A stretch of 64,000 nt of DNA, taken from assembly GCA_951406725.2 (NCBI GenBank), contig OX597815.1, positions 32,674,001 to 32,738,000 of the forward strand, read 5' to 3'. Position numbers and translations under genes: made by a program. A model generated the notes under the pieces. It was given only the letters and a program-made list of their open reading frames with translations. It was not told where the DNA came from and did no database searches. Shown here piece after piece: positions 23,605-36,402 of this stretch. Each line of letters starts with the position of its first letter. Position 1 is the first letter of the stretch. This DNA comes from Octopus vulgaris (lineage: Eukaryota).

Positions 23605-24123
23605 CTAGCAGCATAGCCCGGCGTTGCCCGGGTATGTAAGAGCCCCTAGTAGGCAACGACTAATCCCAATCTTGTCCTTTCCCTCTCATTTCCTGCCAAT
23701 TTGTGAAAGATATTGTCGAAAATATGTCATCTTGAATTTGAACGCGATTTCCTAAATTGGCATGATTTTATCGATTTTTTCTGATGGTAAGGTATTGCAT
23801 GGAAAACTAACGTTAGAATTAAGTTTCTTGGGGTAACATTAAGCTTCACCATGAGTTTGGTGAAAATCGATTGCAAGTTGCGAAAACTACAACAGAAAAT
23901 GTGTTGCATATAAAAAGCTTAGATTCTCGACCCCATGTCGATTTTTTTCAGAACTGGGGGAACTTTTCAAAATTTTCGCTGCGTTAGTTTTGAATTATGA
24001 CATTGGGCTATGTGTGTGTCAAATTTCATCAGAATCGGTTGAAAGCTGTGGTCAGGGTAAGGGTACAACCTGACAGACACACAGACACACAGACAGACAA
24101 ACTGCCGTTTATATAGAGAGAGA
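23605..24123 (-). mobile_element. Non-autonomous Helitron, second family, complete
   Basis: Minus strand starts TCTCTCTCTATATAAA with a (GTCT)-like tract and ends CCCGGGCAACGCCGGG hairpin plus CTAG; A|T target. Confidence 0.88.
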
Positions 24124-24127
24124 TAAC

Positions 24128-24745
24128 ATGGAAGTGTGTGGCCTAGTGGTTAGGGTGTTTGGTTTGTTCCTTCTCGAGCCATGCCTGGCTCACAAGGGCC
24201 GGTTTCCCGGTTTCCTTGGCGTATGGGTTCCCCACTTGGATAGGACGCTGGTCCGTCACAGATGAGCTGCAAGATGCAGGAGGAAAGAGTGGGAGAAAGT
24301 CGTGGCGAAAGAGTCAGCAGAAGTTCGCCATTACCTTCTGCCGGAGCCGTGTGGAGCTTAGGTCTTTCGCTCATAAACACACACATCGCCCGGTCTGAGA
24401 TTCGAACCCGTGATCCCTCGACCACAAATCTGCTGCTCTAACCACTAGGCCATGTGTCCACTTAGGGTGTTTGACTCATGATCATAAGATTGTGGTTTTG
24501 ATTCCTGGACTGGGTGCCACAATGTATTCTTGAGCAAAACACTTCATTTCACATTGCTCCAGTTCACTCAGCTGGTGAAAATGAGTAATCGTGCAACAGA
24601 CCAGTGTCCTGCCCAGGTGGGGAATATATATATGTGCCCCAGCATGGCTGCGGCCTTCAGGCTAAGACATTTTTAAGGATTTAAGGATACCATGGAAACA
24701 GGGAGACTGGCCCTATGAGTTTGTGTGACTTGGGAAGTAACTTTA
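24128..24745 (+). mobile_element. Family D tRNA-derived SINE split by a family E insertion
   Basis: Head 24128-24161 resumes at 24474; core cttgagcaaaacacttcatttcacattgctccag. Confidence 0.85.
24162..24461 (-). mobile_element. Family E tRNA-derived SINE, 12-bp TSD
   Basis: TSD ttagggtgtttg at 24150-24161 and 24462-24473; A box TGGCCTAGTGG, B box GGTTCGAATC. Confidence 0.92.
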
Positions 24746-24760
24746 CCTTTTTATACTTAC

Positions 24761-24893
24761 TTATATGTATAACACCAAAGCGGGGCATTAAAACATAAGT
24801 GAGACAATCTTTGTATCACAAAGAGAAAAACTTTCCCACTTGCAGTTGAAATTTTCCCTATAGCAAGTATGAAACTATTTGTTATTGAAGTTT
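24761..24893 (-). CDS. Candidate internal exon, 133 bp, TSITNSFILAIGKISTASGKVFLFVIQRLSHLCFNAPLWCYTY
   Basis: Branch-like ctaat, pyrimidine tract and tttttag acceptor; AA|gtaagta donor; single open frame ending in phase 2, compatible with 14848. Confidence 0.42.
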
Positions 24894-25019
24894 CTAAAAA
24901 TCCATAGCAAAAAGAGTTAAAAATTAGAAAGAAAGCACTTGAAGCTTTACAATCAACAGAGTAATTTAATATAAGATGCACACCAGTGAAGTGGTAAAAA
25001 ATATGAAAATATTATGGCC

Positions 25020-25330
25020 TTTGTGACTTTAACTAATTAATGCTGGACTCTCCCATGGAAGATGGCGTATGAGCATTCACCTTTTGCCAAATGACCTACA
25101 TGAATGATTTGTTTATAGTGATTAAATGTTCATGACACACATTAGCTCATTCTCACCATCAAATCAATGTTGTCTGAACAGGTGCAGTGTGTGCCAAGTG
25201 CCAGATGTCAAAGTAATTGCAGAGCACCATGAGATAAAGTGTTTTGCTCAAGAACACAACACACCACCCAGTTTAAGAATTGAAGTCTTGATCTAGCAAT
25301 CGTGAGTGCAACACTCTATCCACTAAGCCT
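25020..25330 (-). mobile_element. SINE with family D head and a different tail
   Basis: gtgttttgctcaagaacacaac...ccactaagcc is the reverse complement of the D head. Confidence 0.7.
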
Positions 25331-25693
25331 GACTAATTAATAATAAAATGCACCCAAATTAATTAATTAATTAATAATAATAATAATAATAATGATTTTT
25401 TTAAAAACAAACTTATAATTTTCTTATGTTTTCTTAAACATTCTCTAGAGCAAAACCAAATATATGATACCCTAGGCATAACGCTAACAGGAACTTCTAA
25501 CTTGTCTCTTGAGGTCTCTGGGTGAGACTTGGTGTCAATTTGTACAAATACAAAGCAAAAGTCAAAACATATAATTATATACTAAATTTTGTATAACTAC
25601 CCAAATATGTAAACAGACCTTTTATTGCAACTACACAATTGAATTCAGAAATTCAAAAATTCAACGATGTGAATATCAGTGTGTGTGTGAGAG

Positions 25694-25732
<39 letters not shown>

Positions 25733-26028
25733 GGTTGCGCAATGGCCCAATGGTTAGGGCAGTGGACTCGCGGTTTCAATATCCAGACCAGGTGTTGTGA
25801 GTGTTTATTGAGCGAAAACACCTAAAACTCCATGAGGCTCTAGCAGGGGGTGGTGGCGATCCCTGCTGTACTCTTTCGCCACAACTTTCTCTCACTCTTT
25901 TTTCTGTAGGTCTGCTCACTTAGCCAGCAGGGTGGTGTCATTTGAAGGCTAAAAACAATGTGAAGCGCATTGTGACCAGCGATGTGTAGCAACATCTGAT
26001 AGCCTGGTCGGTCACGTGATCATGTGAT
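25733..26028 (+). mobile_element. SINE with family E head and tail 2, within (TA)n
   Basis: tggcccaatggttagggcag head; ctctttcgccacaactttctc core; tail shared with 40075-40172. Confidence 0.8.
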
Positions 26029-26264
26029 ATATATATATATATTATTATTATTACTATTATTGTTGTTGTTTTTTCTACCAGTAATTACAAATAGAACAGG
26101 TTGAATTGCTTCTTTTCAAGGCCAAGGGCAGCGCTCTCAGTGGTCACTGGTAGTAGTAAACACATTTGACCTCTGCTGGCCCAAAGGGTGCAGAGATTCT
26201 TTTGCCTCTATGGCTGACCTCCCCCACCATCTGCTGAATCTGTTTATAGAATTGTAGAATTTGA

Positions 26265-26520
26265 TCCCTATTGTCCCTATTATCCCTATTGTTATCGGAG
26301 CATTGGGTTCAATACCACCCACTCTGAAAAACATCTGAAAACCTTAGAGATACACTACAATCTAGATGTATTGCAAAAGTCGGCATTACTTGGAACTGCA
26401 TGCATATTGCGTAAAGTACTGTCTGAGGTCCTTGTTGTGACTTGACAAACAGTACAAACCCCCACTAGACACAATATCTTCAATAAACAACCTCATGATA
26501 TTGTATGCTGTGCAATATCT

Positions 26521-26525
<5 letters not shown>
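26265..26525 (+). mobile_element. R4/Dong-like LINE extreme 3' end
   Basis: IPIVIGALG..LQKSALLGTACILRKVL followed by a 3' UTR and (TAA)n. Confidence 0.8.
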
Positions 26526-26567
<42 letters not shown>

Positions 26568-26571
<4 letters not shown>

Positions 26572-27085
26572 GCTCTGATGTAGTACCAGGCAGTGGCTTT
26601 CATGGCTTTTTATCTTGACAGAGTGGAAGTGTTATCATGTACATTGTTTTGTCTTGGTATAAAAGATGGGATACAGCAAATATTCTGCTCCATACCACAG
26701 ATTTGCTTGTCAGTTGCTTGACCTTGACTAGTTGAGCATGTCCCTTAGTGGCTGACGATATGTGCATCTCTGATCATGAGCAGAAGCAGTGGGGGAGCAT
26801 CATAGCCATGTGTTGAGAGGAATTATTTGGGGGTTGGATAATTCACTTCTGGAAACATGGGTGTTTCATTCAACATCCTTAAACAACCCTTATTCAGGGA
26901 CCCTTTGAGCAGGATGGGCTACTCGACCTGAAGAAAATTCTAATTGGGTTGTACCTGCAAGGTCATGCACTGTTAATGTTGATATGAGATCACCATGTCA
27001 TGCACATATGGCTGTGATACATGTGCTAAGTGTTCCCTTATCAGACAGGTAGTCATGATGGGTATACTTGGCTTGCTCTCTGACT
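26568..27085 (+). mobile_element. Family F repeat, longest copy
   Basis: Flanked by (TAA)n on both sides; matches three other copies. Confidence 0.88.
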
Positions 27086-27086
27086 C

Positions 27087-27129
<43 letters not shown>

Positions 27130-28080
27130 GATTTTGATGATAAAATTTCAAATTTTATTCAAGATCATTTAGCTTTAAAATCATTCAAACTATCACATTA
27201 TTATAATTTAGTTACGGTCTGCTACGATATAAAAGTTTCGGTTAAGATAGTTAATCTTTATCAGTGCTGAGTTGTTTGATATTGAAACTTGAATATTTAT
27301 TTACTGGAAACTATTAACATACACTTTAACAGGCATGAGTTCCTATAAGTGATTTTTTTATTTTATATATTTGCTAATTTTTACTTCTGTCATGATGCCA
27401 AGGACCACCTCTACCACATTCTTGGCAGTAATATCAATTAAATTTTTCCATATCTTCTTTCCCCGTTTGCTGCAATGTGCCTTGTTGAATTTTAAAAATA
27501 GGAAAATTCTTTTCCCATGGGGATATGAAGAAAACATTTCAAAAGAGAGGTGTCAACCATTTCAGCCATCCATCTGCCGGGTTATAAATAAACTAATCAT
27601 GTTTCCTAATCACTAAATATTTGGAAAGGTTGAGTGTTTTAACTATCATATTGTGGCATTCAGAGGATAAGAGTTACAACTCATTTTAAATAGGGCACCA
27701 ATCTTTTGCATAAACTATTCTAGAATCTCTTCTCAAAAGTTCTAAATGAATCGAAGCACAAAATAAAATGCTGCTTTTTAATAGCTTAGGCACAGGTAAA
27801 GCTCTGTGCTTGTATATCCTCCTCTTCCTCTTCCTCCTCCTCCCCCTCTTCCTTCTCCTCTATGAGTGTGCTTTTGTGGATTTGTTTACATTTGCTTTTC
27901 TCCAAAAACCACTGAGCTACAAGCAGTGACATTGTTATTCATGTGTGCATTCCTTACTCTGTAATTACACAGAACTAAAGGTAGAAATTATTCTGACTTT
28001 ATTACACTATATGAATTTTAGAGGCTCACCCATGCTATATAATTTTAATAGTATTATATATTTATAAATAATTAAATATC

Positions 28081-28610
28081 ATCATCATCATCATCATTAT
28101 CATTTAATGTTTGCCTTCAATGTTGGTATGGGTCAGACAATTTTACAGGATCCAGCAAGCTGAAGGATTGTGCCAAACTCTGATGTCTGACTTGCTGTGG
28201 TTTCTTATAGCTGAACTTCCTTCTTAATATTAACCCCTTTATAGGTAGTTTTTCATGGCACCAGCACTAGTAAGGTCATCAGGTAACTCACAAAACAAAG
28301 AAAATGTCCCCTCAACTGAGACGGATTGTAGTAGAGAGGACAGTGGCTTTGTCTCTGGCATTGAGAGGCTAAAGTATGATAGAGGGACAGGAACAAGTGA
28401 CTTGTACAAGAGATACATGGCTACCCCAGCAAGAAAGGGAGAAAGTATGGCTATGATGAGTGCCAGAACTGTGGAAAAGCACCCTGTACATGCTGTAAAG
28501 TAGTTGGCATTAGGAAGGGAACCCAGCTGCAGAAATTATGCCAAAGCAGACACTGGAACCCAATGCAGTCCTCTGGCTCACTGGATCCAGTTGAACTGTC
28601 AAACCATGTC
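28081..28610. mobile_element. Two decayed family B copies in opposite orientation
   Basis: 28081-28290 minus with (CAT)n; 28460-28610 plus with ttggcattaggaaggg. Confidence 0.6.
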
Positions 28611-28769
28611 AAAGATAATGATTATATATTGAAAGCATCAAAAAATTGTGCTTCTCTAACATCAAAACAGTGACTATTTTTTGATTTTTTACTGAATTTC
28701 ATGCATTAAATTAACATTTTTATAAGGAATTGAAAACCATCTACATTTTATTGCAAATAATTAATATTC

Positions 28770-29159
28770 AGTAGCTGTGTGGTAAGTAGCTTACTTACCA
28801 ACCACATGGTTCTGGGTTCAGTCCCACTGTGTGGCATCTTGGGCAAGTGTCTTCTACTATAGCCTCGGGCCAACCAAAGCCTTGTGCGTGGATTTGGTAG
28901 ACGGAAACTGAAAGAAGCCCGTCGTATATATGCATATATATATGTGTGTGTGTGTATGTTTGTGTGTCTGTGTTTGTCCCCCTAGCATTGCTTGACAACT
29001 GATGCTGGTGTGTTTACGTCACCGTCACTTATCGGTTCGGCAAAAGAGACCGATAGAATAAGTACTGGGCTTACAAAGAATAAGTCCTGGGGTCGATTTG
29101 CTCGACTAAAGGCGGTGCTCCAGCATGGCCGCAGTAACAAGTAAAACAAGTAAAAGAGA
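28770..29159 (+). mobile_element. Family A SINE
   Basis: Full alignment. Confidence 0.9.
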
Positions 29160-29169
29160 TTCATATTGA

Positions 29170-29373
29170 AGATGATGAGCTGGCAGAACCATTACTGTGC
29201 TGGACAAAATGCTCAACAGCATTTCTTCTGACTTTATGTTCTGTGTTCAGATGACACTAAAGGATTGACTTTTCCTTTCATCCTTTTGAAGGTACAGCTG
29301 TGTACTGGGGTTGATGTAATGGACTGGTCCTATCTCCCCTACAATTGCTGGCTTTGTGTCAAAATTTGAAACC
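29170..29373 (+). mobile_element. Family C SINE, decayed
   Basis: gagctggcagaacc head and cctttcatcctttt core. Confidence 0.7.
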
Positions 29374-29884
29374 AATAATTAATATTTATATTAATAGTTT
29401 TAGTCAGGGTAGACAATGTCTAACTTGCTTACCCAGAGGGAATGCATTCCTTAATGTGGCATATAGTAGTAGCAAAATAATGAAGTGATTAAAATAATGA
29501 TGTAATTAAAAGAGACATTTTTAATAAGTTACGCTTCCCAGATAATTAATCTCATTATATTCCTATTTTCTGTACCTTTTTCTGATTAATATAATCCGCG
29601 ATCATTTTCAGGAATACTTTTTCTCCATTTATTCAAATGCTCTGTCAAGATTTCAACTCAGAAATTTTGTTTTAAATGCAGTGTCATTGCTACTATTCCA
29701 TATCCAACAACTGTATTTGTCAATTAACTGAAATATTTTTCCTCCTCCTCCTCATCATCATCATCCTCCTCCTCATCACCATCATCAGCAGCAGCAGCAT
29801 CACCATCACCATCATCATCATTGTTGTCACCACCACTTTGATTGTTGGTGTCATTTTGTTTCATTTCATCATTTCATTTCATAT

Positions 29885-30115
29885 CTACTTTTCCATGCTT
29901 GCATGGCTCGGATGGAATTTCCATGCTTGCATGGCCGGGATGCAAATTTTCTACAGACAGATTTCCTTCCAGTTGCCAATCTTCATCGATTTCCAAGCTG
30001 GGCAATATTCCCCCATGGTCTGACATGTTTTTCACAGAAAGACTGGAAATGAACAATCTTGTTTGTATGCTGAAGATGCTCTTTTACAGCCATCACGTGA
30101 TGTCAAGATAAGGGT

Positions 30116-30161
<46 letters not shown>

Positions 30162-30318
30162 AGGTTTCTTTCAGTTTCTGTCTCTGAAATCCACTCACAA
30201 GGTTTTGACCAGTCTGGGGCTAAAGCAGAAGATACCTGCTCAAGGTGCTGTGCAATGAGACTGAACCAAAGACCACATGATAGGGAAGTAAGCTTCTTTA
30301 CCACACAGCCATGCCTCT
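29885..30318 (-). mobile_element. Decayed family B copy followed by a family A 5' half (30162-30318)
   Basis: ttccatgcttgcatgg; aatccactcacaagg...ccacacagcc. Confidence 0.65.
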
Positions 30319-31343
30319 GCTTATTATAAAAATCTTCTCAATTAAAGTGACAAGAACAGGGAACAAGTAAGTAAGCACTGGGTTTTGGCTGCTGTTAGCA
30401 AAATAAATATAGCTTTGATAACTGCTGATCAGAAAATATGAGAGTTTGTAAGTGTAATTAGTTCCAGGTGACAGTTGTACGAAAGAGCTCAGTAAAAAAT
30501 TCGGTATCTAGTTTAGCAGTTAGTTTTACAGGCATTTTGCATGTGAAGAATTCAGGACAAAAAATAGAAAAATTAGGGTGCTGAAATGGTGATAAGTGTT
30601 GTCTGTAGGAAATGAGGATGGGTTAGAGTGACATTAACCATAATTGCTTTAAAAGAGCTCTGCTGCTAAATGACTTTATGATTTTGGCTCAGTCAGAAGA
30701 ATTAGGTGTATTATAAGCTGAAGGAAAGGTTGACAGTGGAATAAACTTTAGACTAAATTATCATGTTGCATTTACACACATGTTTGCGACAGTTTTCAAC
30801 GAAGAGGAATATTTGTTCTAACAATAAATACAATGTTCATTGGTTGGGTAGAGAATTGAGTTTAGTGATACTTTTGCTTAGGTAATCTGACATTCCATCT
30901 AGTTTGGCAAGAATGCTATCAAAATAGCAGTGTAGATACATAAAACAAATGAGTAGGTGCTGTACTGATGAAAGGAACAAGATATGTGAAGTAGTGTTAT
31001 GTCTTTACGTTACAGGTGAGTTTAGTTAACCTTCAGGTTTTCCCATTGGATTTGTATTCACCTTTTAACTTCTTTTATGGGGAGACAATAGTTAAGAAAA
31101 TGAAGATTAATTTATTACTAATTTATTACTAAATCAAATTCTTACTCTGCTATATATTTCCCCCCTGAAGACATTTTCTTCTTCATAGAGTGAATCAAAG
31201 AATACAATCTTCAAAGCACTCTCCTCCACACAATTAATTATAACTAAAAAGCATAGGGGTGCCACTGAAGAGAAATGGTTCAACTAGACTTAAACCTACA
31301 TAAACACATTTGCCAGGAGCATCTTCCACTAACCTTTAATATA

Positions 31344-31733
31344 CTCTTTTTACTCTTTTACTTGTTTTAGTCATTTGACTGCGGCCATGCTGGAGCACCG
31401 CCTTTTTAGTCTAGCAAATCGACCCCAGGACCCATTCTTTGTAAGCCTAGTACTTATTCTATCGGTCTCTTTTGCCGAACCGCTAAGTAACGGGAATGTA
31501 AACACACCAGCATTAGTTGTCAAGCGATGTTGGTGGGGACACACACAGACACACAAACACACATATATATATATACACGACGGGCTTCTTTCAGTTTCCA
31601 TCTACCAAATCCACTCACAAGGCTTTGGTCGGCCCGAGGCTATAGTAGAAGACACTTGCCCAAGGTGCCACACAGTGGGACTGAACCCGGAACCGTGTGG
31701 TTGGTAAGCAAGCTACTTACCACACAGCCACTC
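31344..31733 (-). mobile_element. Family A SINE
   Basis: Full alignment. Confidence 0.9.
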
Positions 31734-31763
31734 TTGATAAAATTATATTTTATAATTATGAGT

Positions 31764-31975
31764 AGGTGCTGGTACTAAGTAAAAAGTACTAGTGCTGGTG
31801 CCATCTAAAAAACCACTAGTGATGGTGTCACCTGAAAAGTACCCGGTACACTCTGTAAAGTTGTTGGTCTTAGGAAAGGCATCCAGCTGTAGAAACCAAG
31901 CCAAAACAGACTGGCCTTGCAAGTTCCTATCATGCCATTCAACCCCTGCCAGCATGGGAAATGGACATTGAATGT

Positions 31976-32009
<34 letters not shown>

Positions 32010-32043
32010 GGTGGTGGTGATAATGATGATGATGATGATGATG
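31764..32043 (+). mobile_element. Family B SINE-like
   Basis: aggcatccagctgtagaaacc and (GAT/GGT)n tail. Confidence 0.75.
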
Positions 32044-32834
32044 CCAAGAGGAACTGCAGGACTTCCTAGACTGTTGTGATTCTGTTATTTATGTTTAATT
32101 TTAAATTCTGCACATATGTATAGAGGGACAGATGCTAATGACTGCAGCTCTGAGGAAGAAGTATTGAGCAAAATGTATGGTGCAGTGTCATGAAGGGTCA
32201 CACACAGCTGAGTTGATGAAGATTAGAAAGATGAATACATAAAGTGAGCACAAGTTCAGTGGTATATAACTTTCCAGTTCCGAGGAAAAGAGGTTGTTGT
32301 AACAGCAATAAAAACAAAGTCAGAAAGATGTGGTTAGGTTAGAGGCTGCAGCATACTGACCCATCAGTAGAATAAACTTCTTTTGGCTGTCATCTGGGCT
32401 AAGTGGTGAAACACATTTGCTACCAAGACCTGGTGGAGTTGTGATTAGTTAGCTATCGAGAAACACCAGAGTATTCATGGGCGATAGTTGTTTAGTAATA
32501 AGATTTGAAGTGTGTTGCCTTAATCAAACAGTAGTCAGATAATTTTGTGTGAGCAGAGACTGAGATTCTGGGGCAAAAGCCAGGTGATAAAGCAGTCAAG
32601 AGTGTTTGAAGATGAGTCTCAGAAAAGGTTAAGTGAGGATGCTAACTGGTAATTTACTTAACATTATGCAAGTGATGTGAACCAGTTAATGCCTGTGGCG
32701 CTTGCCAAGAACTTGTAAATTATTTTCAGTCATATTTATGGTTGATTTTCCTGATATGATATGGTAAACAATTTTGGCATTTTTTTTTTTTTTATGGTTA
32801 AGAGTACCATTCCTTATCTTTATTGTGTATATTG

Positions 32835-33008
32835 ATGTAAGGAAGGGCAACCAACCATAGAAACCATGCCAAAGCAGACACTGGAGCACAATACAATCCT
32901 TGACTCCAAAGGATCCTGTCAAACCATCAAACCCATGCCAACATGGAACATGAAGATGATGATGATGATGATGATGATGACGATGATGATGATAATGATG
33001 ATGATGAC
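32835..33008 (+). mobile_element. Family B SINE-like, 3' part
   Basis: aggaagggcaaccaaccatagaaacc...cccatgccaacatgg and (GAT)n. Confidence 0.7.
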
Positions 33009-33038
33009 ACCAATGTGGTGGTGGTGATTTTTATTGCA

Positions 33039-33968
33039 TTGGGTCATCCCATAAATAATGCAATTTTTTTTAGACTTCTTTTATTTTTCAAAATTAAGAT
33101 CAACAAAATTCTTTTTTAATCTAAAATATACTCTCCTTCATTTTCTACAATGATCTTCTATTTATCTGGTAGACTTGCAAGGCCTCTCTTCCAAAACTCC
33201 CTTGTCCGTGATGAAAATTACTCTTCCAGTACTGTTCTGACCTTGTCTACAGAATTCATATTTTTTCCATCTAAATGATTTTGAAAATTGCTGAATAAGT
33301 GATAGTTAGATGGGACAATGTCTGGTGAATATGGTAAGTGAGCATCATTTCCTATTCAAACTACTCCAGCCTTTAGAATGTCATCCTCGCTGAATGTGGC
33401 CGAACATTATCCTGATGGAGGAGCACCTTTTGACTTGAAACCATAGATGGTCATTTTCCCGTGGCATGCAGATGCCGATGAATAGTTGAATGACCAAATC
33501 CAAGCTTCTCTGCTAGTTCCTCAAAAGTTATGATGGGATTTTGTTCAACTAGAGTTTACAGGACATCCTTGTTGAGTTCTACAGATCTTTCAGAATGAGG
33601 CTCATTTTCTAGGCTGTAGTTTCTGGTTCTGAAATTTCTAGAACCACCATTGACACTGGCTTACACTTATTTTCTGATCTCCATATACTTCATTGATATT
33701 CCTCACATTTTCCATTGCATTGTTACCTTTATTGAACTCATAAAGCAAAATATGCCAAGTATGCTGCTTTGGCACTTCCATTATAGCTTTGAAAAAACAA
33801 TTGTTAAAATTGAACTGCACTCTTCAAAACTTGCACTAAGAATATGTCCAAGGTAAAATTACTACCTGCTTTTATAGCAAGTTGATGCAGGTAATTTATA
33901 CCCATCCCAGTTCGACTTTTAGTCCATGCAATTGAAAAAAAACCCGCATTATTTATGGGATAATCCAA
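33039..33968 (-). mobile_element. Mariner transposon, internally deleted, transposase pseudogene
   Basis: TIRs ttgggtcatcccataaataatg / cattatttatgggataatccaa; HTH-like HILLYEFNKG..INEVYG..WF; LLHQDNVRPH and YSPDIVPSNY remnants. Confidence 0.9.
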
Positions 33969-34429
33969 CATATATTATATAATGAAACTTTATACTGCTT
34001 TTTTTCACTATACTTCACATTCTGCTTTCCCCTTATATTTTTTTCACAAAGTTCCATATTGCTTTTAAAGAAAAAAACACATAATATTCTCAAGCAAATA
34101 AAATTATTTTTACACAATCCTAAACAATATTTATTCTGTATTCATTTCTAAACATTTTTATACAAATTTTGATAAAACTGAATCACTGAGAAGATCTTAT
34201 CTATGAAAAGTGTTTATTTTCAAATGTGTTGAAATATACTTCAACCACAAGGAGTGGGTTGATGGCTCATGCCATTGTTTGTAAGATGCTGGTGGGGGTT
34301 AAGTCATAGGACTTGTTGGATTAAGCAGTATTACATACACTCAATACTGAAACAGTGTGGTTGTACATTGTAGGGTCTCTGTCAGTCAATGTTCCCCATG
34401 CAGCTGCACATATATACGCAGGCTTTATC

Positions 34430-34790
34430 TTTCTTTTTATCTTTTTCTACTTGTATCAGACATTTGATTGCTGCCATGAAGGATTTTTTAGTCAAACAAA
34501 GTGACCCCTGGACTTATTCTATTGGTTACTTTGCTGAACTGTTAAGTTACACGGACATAAACAGACTAAACCCGGTTGTCAAAGATACACACACACAAAG
34601 GTATTTATATATGTATATACATACAGCAGGCTTCTTTCAGTTTCAGTTTCCGTTTACCAAATCCACTCACAAGGTTTTGGTTGGCCCAAGTTTATACATG
34701 AAGACACTTGACCAAGGGGTCACACAGTGGGACTAAGCCCAGAACCATGTGGTTGGGAAGCAAGCTTCTTACTACACAGCCCTACCTGCA
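34430..34790 (-). mobile_element. Family A SINE, decayed
   Basis: ccaaatccactcacaagg...ctacacagcc. Confidence 0.75.
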
Positions 34791-34844
34791 AATTGTAATA
34801 TATGAGTGAAATTTTTTTGAGAAAGACTAGCAATTGCTCGTATA

Positions 34845-35361
34845 CCGTAAATCTTCGAGTATAGTCCAGCCTTGAGTATAATACGCAGGGGATTTTTAGG
34901 GGGTTGTACCTCTGAAAAACCTAAACCTTGTGTATAATACACACTCCTCTAACTTGAGTTGTGTGTAATTAAACCAGCAGCACCTAGTCGAACAAACACT
35001 TCCGCCCATACGTAATACAATAATGGTGATGTTCTTAACTGTTATATGGGAATGTAAATATGTTTACAAATTGTTTTTGTTATATGTTATTCTGTGTTCT
35101 GAATACTTTTATTTTAATAAAATATTACTAACTGCAAATTATGGATGATTCTTTTATGATTTGATTGCTTTCAGGTTTGCTTAAGGTATTTTTGCGCCCA
35201 ACATCACAAAATGTGTCTGAATAAACATTGCTGGACAGCAAAGAGATTCGGACATTGCTTAGAAAATATTTTTCATTTTTAACCTAGTATATAGTACACA
35301 CTAGGGATTTTGACCTTTAAATTTTGGGAAAAAAATGCGGATTATGCTCAAGAATTTTCGG
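34845..35361. mobile_element. pogo/Tigger-like MITE
   Basis: TIRs CCGTAAATCTTCGAGTATAGTCC / ggattatgctcaagaattttcgg; TA on both sides. Confidence 0.8.
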
Positions 35362-35499
35362 TACATAAGTCTCCTTTAGTCACACTACTGATATTTATCC
35401 AAAAGAAAAAGCCACTGATTTGGACTGATGTAGCTTGGTACCAGTGTTGTGACATAATGCAGAGCAGATATCCAAGGCATTTCATTTACATCTAATCCT

Positions 35500-35677
35500 C
35501 TAAGCAGTGCTGTCAATCCATCCTCCTTAGATTGGTACTTTTTTTTTTTTAATCAACCCTGAAAGGATGAAAGGCAAAGTTGAACTAAGAGGGATTTGAA
35601 CTCAAGGTGCAGAGAATCAACAAAAACTGCAAAGCATTCTAGCCAGCACTCTAATGACTCTGCAAATTCACCACCTT
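35500..35677 (-). mobile_element. Family C SINE, decayed
   Basis: gaaaggatgaaaggcaaagttg...gatttgaactc. Confidence 0.7.
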
Positions 35678-35679
35678 AG

Positions 35680-35724
35680 CACAACAACAACAACAACAAC
35701 TACTACTACTGCTGCTGCTACTGC

Positions 35725-35760
<36 letters not shown>

Positions 35761-35924
35761 CACCACCGCCACTGCTGCTGCCACTGCTGTTGCCACCACT
35801 ACTGCTGCTGTTACCACTGCCACTGCTGCTGTTGCCACCACCGCCATTGCAGTTGCTACCACCGTCCCCACTGTTGTTGCTGCTGCTGCTGCTGCTACTA
35901 CTACTACTACTACTACTACTGCTG

Positions 35925-35958
<34 letters not shown>

Positions 35959-35995
35959 AACTACTACTACTACTACTACTACTACTACATCATCA
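35680..35995. repeat. Compound trinucleotide tract (ACA/ACT/GCT/ACC)
   Basis: Visible; source of the poly-T/A/V/L ORFs. Confidence 0.95.
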
Positions 35996-36094
35996 TAAAA
36001 AAACAGCATTGCTTGTATGATGGTGATGCTTATTTACAATCATCACATGATGACAAGGGCACACACAAACACACACACACACACAAATATATAT

Positions 36095-36398
36095 TAGTGG
36101 TTAGGGTATTTGGCTCACGATCGTAAGGCCACGAGTTCAGTTCCCGGCAGCACATTGAATCCTTGAGCAAGACACTATTTCATGCTGTTCCAGTCCACTC
36201 AGCTGGCAAAAATGAGTAGTACCTGTATTCTGTGTCACACTGAATATCCCTGAGAACTACATTAAGGGTAAATGTGGCTGTGGAGTGCTTAGCCACTTGC
36301 ATGTTAATTTCATGAGTAAGTTGTTCCATTAATGGAATCAACTGGAACCCTCATCATTGTAACTGTCAGAGTGCCAGCTATATATATATATATATATA
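36095..36398 (+). mobile_element. SINE with family D head and tail 3
   Basis: tagtggttaggg head; ccttgagcaagacac..ccagtccactcagctggcaaaaatgagta core. Confidence 0.8.
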
Positions 36399-36402
36399 TA
36401 TA

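Noticed and set aside
31146-31243. Minus-strand exon candidate (AG...gtaaga)
   Set aside because: Phase does not fit the 24893 exon, and it lies beside probable decayed LINE sequence.
35654-36020. Mucin- or antifreeze-like poly-Thr/Ala ORF
   Set aside because: Compound trinucleotide microsatellite starting inside a SINE; no splice signals or signal peptide.
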